From Octopus vulgaris (Eukaryota): 64,000 bases of DNA. Below are positions 53,689 to 64,000 of this stretch, piece by piece; position 1 is the stretch's first letter, and every line of letters starts with the position of its first letter. A program made the translations under genes and the position numbers. A model generated the notes under the pieces. The model saw only the letters and a program-made list of their open reading frames with translations. It was not told where the DNA came from and did no database searches. The DNA lies in the NCBI GenBank assembly GCA_951406725.2, contig OX597816.1, positions 129,084,001-129,148,000 of the forward strand, read 5' to 3'.

Positions 53689-54316
53689 GTCCTGAGTTCA
53701 GCTACTGCTGAGGTCGACTCTGCTTTTCATATGTCTGGAATTAATACAAAAAAAAAAAACAGTCATGTACTGGTGACAATGGCATGAACTAGCCTCTCCT
53801 CCACCAAAATTACTGGCCGTGTACCTAAATTTGAAACAATTATTAAGGGTAGTGTATTGAGAGAATCATTAAGGTATCAGAAAAAGTCCCTTACAGTATT
53901 CAGTTGCATCAGTTTACAATCTGAGTTCAAATCCTGCCAAGGTTAACTCTGCTTTCCATACCTCTGCAGTTAGGGATGATAGAGAGGTCAATGAAATAAA
54001 GTACCAGTCAAGTATTGCAGTCAATTTAATCAACTAGTCCTTTTCTCCCAAAATTGCTGGCCTTGTACCTAAATTGGAAACTGTTATTATTACTTGTGAT
54101 TCTTTAAGGTGGCAAGCTGGCAGAATCGTTAGCACCCTGGGAGAAATGCTTAGCATTTCATCTGATTTCACATTCCACATTCAAATTCTTCTGGGGTCAA
54201 CTTTGCCTTTCATCCCTTCAGGGTTGATAAAATAAGTATCAATTAAGTATTAGGGTTGATGTGATCGACTTGCCCCTTCCCTCGAAATTACTGGCCTTGT
54301 GCCAAAATTTGAAATC
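53689..54316 (+). mobile_element. Three tandem Nin-domain SINEs
   Basis: Three units each ending ggccttgtgcc-aaatttgaaac-like; best head at 54105 aaggtggcaagctggcagaatcgttagc. Confidence 0.8.
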
Positions 54317-55101
54317 ATTCTTTGTGGTTCTTGTTGTTTGCAATGAACTTTAACATTATATAGAACACAAGTTAGAAAGTGATTACTTGATGGTAAAAAA
54401 ATTCTTTTGGTTTTTTTCACTAACAAAGAGCTTTAGAATATTTAAATGTCTGTTCCATTACCTAGGATGGAAAAGAAGCATTTTTTTACTCTGTACATTT
54501 GTTTCTGCAAACGTCCATTTGGTTTGTTTATTCATGGTTTATTGTGGTGAATATGCTCCTCATCATTTTTTTAAAAATCACAATAACTTTATGAGAAAAA
54601 AAAAAGAAAAAGAAAAGCAGAGAAATGACATGTACACAAACATTCTCTGTTATAAACACAAATAGTTACAATTTGAGAAACACAAAAAAAAAAAAGAAAA
54701 TAACAGAGTGGTGAAAATGCTAACTTAAATGACAATAACAGAAATACCAACAACTGCAATAATAATAACTTATCCTTTGTTAGTATCACAAACGAAATAG
54801 GGAGTTGAGACTAGAGCCAGCTCCAGGCAAAAAAAAGTATGGAAGAAATATGTCCCAAAGTAAAGTGACTCTTTGACTGACAAATTTACCCACCAAAAAA
54901 AGGAAAGGAGAAGGGATGTATATTTATTTTATCAAAAAAAGCGGAGTTTCCATGTGTCTATAAAAGAGAAGTTGAAAGAAGCTTGGATGTATGTTACATC
55001 AACAGGATGGAGTGTATGAAAGTATGTGCTTATTATTTAAAACTGAATGTGAAGGTAAAAAGTCAGGGTGGACTCATGGAGCAACATGTATGTCCATGGT
55101 A

Positions 55102-55492
55102 CTCTCTTTTACTTGTTTCAGTCATGTGACTGTGGCCATGCTGGAGCACCGCCTTTAGTCAAGCAACTCAACCCCAAGACTTATTCTTTGTAAGCCTAGT
55201 ACTTATTCTATTGGTCTCTTTTGCCAAACAGCAGGTTACGAGGACGTAAACACACCAGCATTGGTTGTCAAGTGATGTTGGGGGACACAAACACAGACAC
55301 ACAAACATAGACACACACATACATATATACGACGGGCTTCTTTCAGTTTCCGTTTACCAAATCTACTCACAAGGCTTTGGTCAGCCCGAGGCTATAGTAG
55401 AAGACACTTGCCCAAGGTACCACACAGTGGGACTGAACCTGGAACCATGTGGTTCGTAAGCAAGCTACTTACCACACAGCCACTCCTATGCC
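55102..55492 (-). mobile_element. Full-length CORE-type tRNA-SINE
   Basis: Reverse complement of the 3262-3670 family. Confidence 0.9.
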
Positions 55493-55880
55493 TAAAAAAA
55501 AAAAAGAAAAAGAAACAGAAAAAGGAGCCCAGCTTAAAATTCATAGTTATCTGAACAAGAAATGATATGGAACAACTGAGCGACTTGCAAAATGTAAGTT
55601 GAATACAGTACAAAGGGAGGGCCCAAACTTAGCTGCTAAATATGAGGTGGGAGGTTTCACATCCTGGTCGAAACTGATGTTCAGAAACTAAAAAGAGTGG
55701 GAAGAAGCCAGAGAAGTGAAATTTCCTGACCTCATCCAGGTGGAGGCTTCACAACCCCTTCTGAATGGGTGTCCATGTGTTTCATGTGGTAAATCATTAA
55801 CCTGTTTTAATATATCATATTACATTTCCCCCCACCCCACATCATTTACTATATGAATATATATATATATATATATATAT

Positions 55881-56361
55881 GCCGATGCCAGCGCCGCCTC
55901 CACTGGCTTCCGTGCCGGTGGCACATAAAATACACCAATCTGACCGTACGACAGGCACCCATGCCAACCCCTTTGCTTGCGAAGACATGTTGGGGCAAGC
56001 GAAATCGAAATCGAATTGAACCAGCCAGGATCCCTGGTCTGGTGGTACGTAAAAAGCACTATCCGACTCGTGGCTGATGCCAGCGCCGCCTCGACTGGCT
56101 TCCGTGCCGGTGGCACATAAAATACACCAATCCAACCGTGGCCATTGCCAGCCTCGCCTGGCACCTGTGCAGGTGTCACGTAAAAAGCACCCACTACACT
56201 CACGGAGTGGTTGGCGTTAGGAAGGGCATCCAGCTGTAGAAACATTGCCAGATAAGACTGGAGCCTGGTGCAGCCTTCTGGCTTCCCAGATCCCCGGTCG
56301 AACCGTCCAACCCATGCTAGCATGGAGAACGGACGTTAAACGATGATGATGATGATGATGA
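55881..56361 (+). mobile_element. Young RTE LINE 3' UTR with (GAT)n
   Basis: Family match, CpG-rich. Confidence 0.9.
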
Positions 56362-56580
56362 TATATCAGGTACTCAACTATAAGTCTATTGCATCTTAAC
56401 AGATGCAGCAGTAAGCTAATGAAATTCATAAGATAATCATTTATTCTTTTGTCACCTCATTTTCTTACATCTGACAAACCCTACTTTTTTCCATCAAGGT
56501 CTTATATTCCCCAATATTAGGCTATTTAACTTAGTCAATGCATGGTGATCACTTATTAGCTTTAAGCTTATAAAAAAATG

Positions 56581-56828
56581 TTATTATTATTATTATTATT
56601 ATTTTCCTTCTTTCTTCAAATTTTCTTCCATTTCTCGCCGAGTGTTTTCCATACACCTAGGGCAGAGAAGCTTATTGTATGCATTCCCAGATTACACATG
56701 CAAATTCACAGGTAAAATATGTAGTTAAAAAATTAATAAATAAATAAATTCATGAATGGATGTTGATTTCACAGTGGTAATGTTCTTCTCAGTACGTGAG
56801 TCATTCCAGTTAACACGATTTTTTGCAC
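56581..56828 (-). mobile_element. R4/Dong-like LINE extreme 3' end (third family)
   Basis: Minus strand VQKIVLTGMTHVLRRTLPL*, UTR, (TAA)n tail. Confidence 0.7.
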
Positions 56829-56863
<35 letters not shown>

Positions 56864-58473
56864 TAGTTTTATTTTTATAGCGTGCTTTCACTTCACTACC
56901 GAGCGCAGCTCTGTGTGCCTTGGGTATGTACTGTGATTTGTTGTGATGCTCTGATGGTTATTGTATGGAAAGTGTTCTGCGTAGGATGTGTGCAGTGCCC
57001 AGTAGTGCAATTTTCTGTATGTTATATGTGTTTGTAAGTCCTGGTGTTTTTGTTATGTATTTGTCTGAATATTTTTTTATCATGCCTAATGCACCTACTA
57101 TGATAGGAATTGTTTCTGTTTTCAGATTCCACATTCTAGTTACCTCTATTTCCAGGTTTTGTATTTTGAGAGTTTCTCCATTTCTTTTAGAGACACGTTG
57201 TCATCAGCCGGTATTGATACATCAATTAGAAAGCATTTTTTTTTTCATGATCTCTGACAACTATATCTGGTCTGTTGGCCTTAATTTCTCTATCTGTGTG
57301 TATCGGCATATCCCAGAGTATGGTTGCTTTCTCGTTTTCTATGACCTTTTCTGGTGTGTGCCTATACCATCTTTTTTCTGTTGTTATTCCATAATGTTGG
57401 CATAGCTTCCAATGTATGTAGGTTCCAACTCTGTCATGTCTGTGAATATATTCCTTCTTAGCCAGGACTGGGCAGCTAGAGATAATATGATTTATTGTTT
57501 CTTGTCCATCTCCACATATTCTGCAGCTACTTGTAATATTTCTTTTCATTACATGTTTTTGGTAATTTCTGGTGGGGAGGCTTTGGTCTTGTGCTGCAAT
57601 TAAAAATCCCTCTGTTTCTGCTTTGAGTCCTGAGCTTCTCAACCATTGCTGGGATTTTTCTTTATCTATTTCTTTTGCGTTTAGTTTAGTCCAGTATTTA
57701 CCATGAAGGGGCTTTTCTTGCCATCGTTTTATCATGGTTCGTTGCTGTTCTATTTTTAGTTTGGATTTCATTTGTTTTATAGCTTTTGTTGTTTCTTCAT
57801 CTTCTTCTTCTTCTTCATGTTTATTAGGTGGTATGATTTCTTGTTTGTATTTTCAGCTTCCTTAAATACTGAGAACAGTTTTTTGTTTTGCTCGTGTTTT
57901 GCCGCTATCTGGATCAGTTTTCCTTCCTTCTGAAGTAGATATTTTTGCAGTCCTATGGTGGTTATTTTATAGTAGTTTTCCAGCTGTATAAAGCCTCTAC
58001 CACCTTCTATACGTTGTATATATAGTCTTTCTATGTCAGATTTTGGGTGATGTATCCTAGATCCTGTCATTATTTTTCTTGTTTTCCTATCTATTTTGGT
58101 CAGTTCATTTCGTGTCCAGTTAAGGATATTGTAGCTGTAACTTATAACTGGGACAGCTAAAGTGTTGATACCTATTATCTTGTTTTTTAGCATTGAGCTC
58201 TGTGTTTAGTATTGATCTAACTCGTCTATAATATTCTTTTTTTATTTTCTCTTTCATTTGTGTGTGTTGTGTCTTATCTAGTTCATGGATTCCTAAGTAT
58301 TTGTAAGTTTGGCTTTGGTCTAATTCTTTTATTTCATTGGTTTTATCTAGTGTGATGTTGTTACTCTTAACTAGTTTTCCTCTTTTCATGGTTACTTTGG
58401 CGCATTTTTCTAATCCAAATTTCATATCTATTTCTTTGGTAAATCCATGAACTGTCTTTAATAGTGTTTCCAG
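56829..58473 (-). mobile_element. R4/Dong-clade LINE, 5'-truncated ~1.6 kb (RT end, CCHC knuckle, RLE endonuclease)
   Basis: FGLEKCA, YKYLGI, GGRG, KPLHGKY, AAQDQSLPTRNY, CRICG..ETINHIISSC, RHD, RPDIVV; stop at 56958; (TAA)n on both sides; frameshifts. Confidence 0.95.
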
Positions 58474-59033
58474 TATTATTATTATTATTATTATTATTAT
58501 ATAAAGCAACTGTAGAAGTATTTAGTCAAAAGTAAACTGTTGTACATGGCATTTATTGACCTAGAGAATACCATCAACAGGGGCCCTCACTCCCTGATCT
58601 GTTGGTTGCTGTGGAAGCTAACAGTTTAAGAAACACTCCTAATTTAAATGCTAATGAATAGAATTAATCTTGTGAAATCATAAATCCACCTATCTGAGTC
58701 AAGGAGTCCATGAAGTTTGGCAATACTGAGTCGATGAGTCACCAATGCTTTCTCAGTACTGTGCTTAAAGTGTAGGTGTGTGGTTGTGTACTAAGTTCAC
58801 ATATTCCATTCACCTTCAGAATGCCAAGAAACTGTATAACTATCGCAAACAACTTTTGCTATATATGAACAATACGTAAAATATCAAGACAATTGATGAA
58901 AAATATCTATAATAACATTCTAATTGATAAATATAGATTTTTATTAAAGCAAAACACAGATGAAGTAAATCTCATGGTGTGAAGGAAGAATCAACATGAC
59001 ATGCAGGTGTAGTGAAATACAAAACAACATGTG

Positions 59034-59047
59034 GTTGTCATGGTAAC
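59034..59047. promoter_or_regulatory. RFX X-box-like palindrome in unique sequence
   Basis: GTTGTCATGGTAAC vs consensus GTTRCCATGGYAAC; motif match only. Confidence 0.3.
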
Positions 59048-59353
59048 AAGCTGTCAATGCCCAGCTGCCTGTTGACTGGCTAAAATTACCCAAATTTCCC
59101 AACTTTAATTCCAAGTAACATCAGATTCTTTTTAATTTATGAGATAAAGTAATTGTCTGATCATAATCAAAATTCACCAAAATTGAAAGCAAAATTAAAG
59201 GGGGCTCATTTTGTAAATGAAACTAACTAGATCCATTAATTCACATTTGATGAGGACCTCACTACAAGTTTACTGATTAATTAGGCATTACTTTATCTTT
59301 TACAACGCATGTAGCCAAGCATGTGTATACATATATGTATGTGTATATATATA

Positions 59354-59395
<42 letters not shown>

Positions 59396-60007
59396 TATTT
59401 GTGGTGAATGATTTTTGTAGGTGATGTGTACTGGAAAATAAATTGATCTCACAGGTTTTGACCCTTTAGAAATATTCTATTCACAGAAAGGTTCAGTTCC
59501 CTTTCTTCAAAATATAGGCTGAGTCTTGTTGAATGCTTCAGTGGTTTCTTTGAAAAGCTTGGCAGGAATGCAGTAATAGATTTTGCTAAGTTTAAGAATA
59601 ACTGTGAGGAGCTTGGCATTAAAGAGTTTACTAAATTTATTCCTTGTCTTTGAAGAGCTTGCTTTTAATGGGTTTACTAAATATAAATTTTGATGTTGTC
59701 AGCCATGCTGTTACAAGTGATCGAAGAAACTCTAGAATTGATGGTCCTTATTTCATCCACCATGGACTGATGGGAGGCAAAGTTAGGATTTAAATTCAGA
59801 AAGTAAGAAGATGAAACTAAATACTGCAACTCTATATGAGTGAGATTATCTTATATCAGTGCAATTTTCATCCATGAACACCTACAAGTATTAACAGAAG
59901 CCTCATTTTTTCCTTGTCATCTTATATCATTTTCACCATCTCCAGTAATGTAACAACACCTAATAATACAACTGTCACCTTCTCACAACTATATACATAT
60001 ATTTCAT

Positions 60008-60395
60008 AGGCACAGGAGTGGCTGTGTGGTAAGTAGCTTGCTTAACAATCACATGGTTCTGGGTTCAGTTTCACTGCATAGCACCTTGAGCAAGTGTCTT
60101 CTACAATAGCCTCAAGCTGATCTAAACCTTGTGAGTGGATATGGTAGACAGAAACTGAAAGAAGCCCGTCGTATATGTGTGTGTGTGTGTGTGTGTGTGT
60201 TTGTGTACCTGTGTTTGTCCCCACACTATCGCTGGACAACCAATGTTGGTGTGTTCACATTCCTGTAACTTAGCAGTTCAGCAAAAGAGACCGATAGAAT
60301 AGGTACTAGGCTTACAAAGAATAATTCCTGGGGTCGGTTTGTTCGACTTAAGACAGTGCTCCAGCATGGCTGCAGTCAAATGACTGAAACAAATA
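60008..60395 (+). mobile_element. Full-length CORE-type tRNA-SINE
   Basis: Family match. Confidence 0.9.
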
Positions 60396-60419
60396 TAAGA
60401 CTATTTAATTCTTTTTCTT

Positions 60420-61288
60420 GTTCTATGGTCCTGAGAGCAGGTTTTTACAGCTGGGTGCCCTTCCAAATGCCAACCGCTTTACAATGTGAAGTGGATGGCA
60501 CCAGCACCAGTAAGATAAGGAATTGCAAAACAAGGAATTTTGAGAGGAGAGGAGGCACTGGAGGAGGGATCTTGTGTCAGATAATGAAAGATTAGAGCGA
60601 CACAGAGAGGCGGAAAAAGGTGTCTTGCTATAGAGGAGGTGCATGGTTACCCAGCTAGAGAGAGAGGGAGAGAGGGTGCAAGAGGAAGAGAGAGAGGAAA
60701 AGAGAGTGAGGTAGGGGGGAAAGCTAACAAGAAAGAGGACAGAAACAGGTGTGATGATGTAAAGGAGATACTTGGTTACCTTGTCAGAGGAAAGAGCAAG
60801 AGAGAGAGAGAGAGTGATCAAGAATGAGGGCAGAAACTGGTGTGCTTCTGTAGAGGAGCTACACGGCTACCCGAGTCTAGGACACTTACTCCCATGGACA
60901 ATAACCCCCACTAAGGACAACAGATGATGATTTAAAACTTCTTAATATATTGGAGAGGGGGTAATTAACCAAAAGGTAGTAATTGTCCTAGGGGGTAGTT
61001 GTCATCAGGGGAAAATTGTCCTATGGGGGGTAATTCTCCTCGGTGGGTAATTCTCCTGATACAGGCTACCCAGTCAGAGAGAAGAGCAAAAGAGAGAGAG
61101 AATGGGAAACAGCAAAGTGCAAAAGAAAGCAGGAACAAGACAGTCGCGAAGTACCACGGGTTATGGTCTCACTTGGCTTGTCAGGTCTTCTCAAGCACAG
61201 CATATCTCCAAAGGTCTCGGTCACTAGTTATTGCCTCGGTGAGGCCCAATGTTCAAAGGTTGTACTTCACTATCCCACCCCAGGTCTT
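60420..61288 (-). mobile_element. RTE subfamily 3' end with long CT-rich UTR
   Basis: 61170-61288 minus strand = KTWG..VKYNL-TLGLTEAITSDRDLWRYAVLEKT; 60440-60480 carries the ggaagggcacccagctgtaaaa tail motif. Confidence 0.7.
60873..61062. mobile_element. MuDR-like MITE nested in RTE UTR
   Basis: ggacaataacccc motifs on the left, gggggtaattgtcc-like motifs on the right; TSD ggctaccc at 60865-60872 and 61064-61071. Confidence 0.7.
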
Positions 61289-62673
61289 ATATATGTATGT
61301 GTGTTTTGTGTTTGTCCCACTACTACTTCACAACTGGTGTTGGTTTGTTTATATCCCTGTAGCTTAAGGATTTAGCAAAAGAGATGAATACAATAAGTAC
61401 CAGATTTAAAATAAGTACTGGAGACAATTTGGTCAACTAATCTTACAAGGTGTTGCTCCAGCATGTCTGCAGTCAGTGACTGAAACAAGCAAGAAAGTGA
61501 TAAAGATATAAAGCTGCATGAGTATGAGGTTAAGGTGACAGCAAAAGTATTATATGATAATGAATTCAAACAGTTCTATAAGTGTTATACTATGGTATGA
61601 GAAAGGCACATAACTCTGCATGCATCAGTTTCTTTAACAGACAGCAGGTTCCTCTTCTACTTCCCATTTCAATGGTTATCCATGCAGAAAATATCCAGCA
61701 ATAAAAGAATAAAAAAAAGAAAATGGTTGTTCTAACAAAAAATATCCCACCTATGTTGCAATGAATAAAAGAAAAAAACTTATGTAAAAACTGCAGATAA
61801 AGAAATAAAATGTAAAAAGAACAATTGGTAAATTCAAAAAGCTATAGGCGTGGCCTCTCTGTTATAATGTAACATACAAGAAAAAAATAATAATATTACA
61901 TGTATTGAAGTTTTCCAATTTCTTTTATGTTGCATCATAAGATGGGTTTAGCTTAATATTTATGTAAAACAAAGCTATTCTAATAATATGTAGCAGTAGA
62001 CTGCAATTTATGTGGCTGTAAATGTGCCCATAATACAACCAGCAATAATGCAATTGTCAGGAAAGAGATATAGATATAAATCTCAAAGTATTCAACAAGA
62101 GTGAAAAGATAACTGTGTAGTCAATATTTATTGCATTGAATTCCAATAGCTTTAGGATTAATATATGCACAAATCACTTGTCTACTGAAACATAGATGGA
62201 AAACTTTATTTTAATATTTTCAACATCTAATAAAATCAAATCGCTTTTCGCATCTGACTTAGTGTTAACACCAAATGAGACAATATTTTATTGAAAACTG
62301 ACTGACATAGCCATTGTTGTTTCCAATTTCTGCAGACAAAATGTGTTGTGAGAATATTTTTAGACTCATCACTGATGCTGGCCACTGAGAGGCTTATTAT
62401 CCCAATACCAGTTTGTAAATATCAAAGATCAGGTGTACGCTTATATTTCTGTATCTATATTCATATCTACGCAAATAGTTATCTATATTCATGCTCATTC
62501 TATATTGAACCATAATGAAAGTAGAGTAGGACATGAAGGGGTTGGATGATGATGGAGGTTACTTACTCTCTGTGAGGAACATTACACCAATGTGGATTTA
62601 AGCCTCTGGGAATAAAGTGTTCAACTCTGTTGGACTGATTGGTTGATTACCAAAGTGTTATGGTATCCCAATA

Positions 62674-62886
62674 ATGTACAAATTCTCATTAGCAGTCTTG
62701 GAGTTGATTATTGGCTTTGTTAGAAGCAACCAGAAGCTAAATCTCTCAAACAAAGACCTGCAAAATGGAGATTCAAGAACTCAGAAGTCCTGCAGCAAAT
62801 TAACAAGGTTGATAGACAATGTAGGAAGAGATGTAGATGCTGGATTGAAGTATCTGACTTCCAGTCACATTGCATTATTGCTACAG
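62674..62886 (+). other. Possible exon (71 open codons ending at strong donor CAG|GTGAGT); unverified
   Basis: Non-repetitive open frame from ATG to a consensus donor; no recognisable homology. Confidence 0.2.
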
Positions 62887-62939
62887 GTGAGTTGGAGGTT
62901 ATATTTCAATCAGTTACAATTAATCATAACAACTACATC

Positions 62940-63025
62940 AAAAGCATCATCATCAGCAGCAGCAGCAGCAGCAATATCGACAACAGTAATGAAGATCACT
63001 ACTACTACTGCTGCTGCTGCTGCTG

Positions 63026-63083
<58 letters not shown>

Positions 63084-63159
63084 CACTACAACTACAACTA
63101 CTATTACTGCTGCTGCTGCTGCTAATATTGTTGCAGCTGCTGCCACCACCACCACCACC

Positions 63160-63191
<32 letters not shown>

Positions 63192-63202
63192 ATTTCCATA
63201 TG

Positions 63203-63263
<61 letters not shown>

Positions 63264-63265
63264 AC
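62940..63265. repeat. Compound triplet (CAG,TAC,TGC,CAC) and (TG)n microsatellite
   Basis: Directly visible. Confidence 0.95.
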
Positions 63266-63289
63266 GTGTATATCTATCCATTTTTCTAA

Positions 63290-63745
63290 AATTTCCTAAT
63301 TTCCTTTCCAACCAAATCATCTTTGGTTCAGTTCCGCTCTGTGATACTTTGGGCAAGTGTCTTCAATTATTGCCTCTAGCAGACTAGAACCTTGAGAGTG
63401 AATTTGGTAGGCAGAAACTGAGAAGCCCATCATTTATACACACACACAAACACACACACAAACACACACACACATATATTTGTCAATGTGTGTGGGAGGG
63501 TGTTAGTGTCTCCTTGTCATGGCATTGCATGAGAGTTTTAGAGGAGTATCATCATCATACAAGTAGTGTTCTTTGTTTCCTATCTTCTGTAAATATATGT
63601 CCAGCTAGGGTGAAATATTACCTTACTTAGAAACAGGTGAGGGTAGGTGACAGGAAGGGCATCTAGTTGTAGAAAATCTGCCTCAACAAATTCTATCTGA
63701 TTTTTGCAAGCATCGAAAAGTGAATATCAAAATGATGAAGATGAA
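63290..63745 (+). mobile_element. SINE with CORE-type head and RTE-type tail
   Basis: ggttcagttcc...tttgggcaagtgtcttc head, then gacaggaagggcatctagttgtagaaa and GAT-like tail. Confidence 0.7.
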
Positions 63746-63798
63746 AACAATGATATATATACATACATACATATGTATATATATATATATATATATAT

Positions 63799-63975
63799 AT
63801 CATCATCATCATATAGTGTTCATTTTCCATACTGGCATGGGTTAGATGATTTGATAGGAACTGGTAAGTCAGAGAACTGTATCAGGGTCCAGTCCGATTT
63901 TTGGGTTGGTTTCTATGACAAGATGCCCTTTCTAATGGCAATGACTCCAAGAGTGTAGTGGGTGCCTTTTACATG
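63799..63975 (-). mobile_element. Old RTE 3' tail
   Basis: Family match. Confidence 0.7.
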
Positions 63976-64000
63976 TATATATATGTATGTGTGTATATAT

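Noticed and set aside
62887-63387. Poly-Ala/Thr part of the 237-aa ORF (mucin/antifreeze-like)
   Set aside because: Compound triplet microsatellite running into (TG)n and a SINE

Overview
Eukaryotic, AT-rich, extremely microsatellite- and repeat-dense genomic DNA. The SINE/LINE families and (TA)n/(CATA)n/(TAA)n load are most consistent with an octopus (coleoid cephalopod); this is inferred from recognition, not from a search. I find no convincing host protein-coding gene. Almost all supplied ORFs are microsatellite translations or decayed transposon fragments. The window holds tRNA-derived SINEs (CORE-type, Nin-domain and others), RTE-, CR1- and R4/Dong-clade LINE pieces, Penelope-like relics, Helitrons, hAT and Tc1/mariner remnants, and hAT, mariner, pogo, piggyBac-like and MuDR-like MITEs. 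Most notable observations: (1) an intact minimal type-I hammerhead ribozyme (30575-30647) inside a 383-bp directly repeated retrozyme/Penelope-like unit, with related hammerhead cores in other repeats, including a tRNA-headed SINE; (2) an RTE-clade insertion with twin-priming 5' inversion geometry and a TSD (33759-34511); (3) a Helitron carrying a near-perfect 279-bp copy of nearby flanking DNA; (4) several in-situ fold-back palindromes; (5) tandem pseudoknot-like units in the RTE 3' UTR. All coordinates were read by eye, and ends of decayed elements are approximate.
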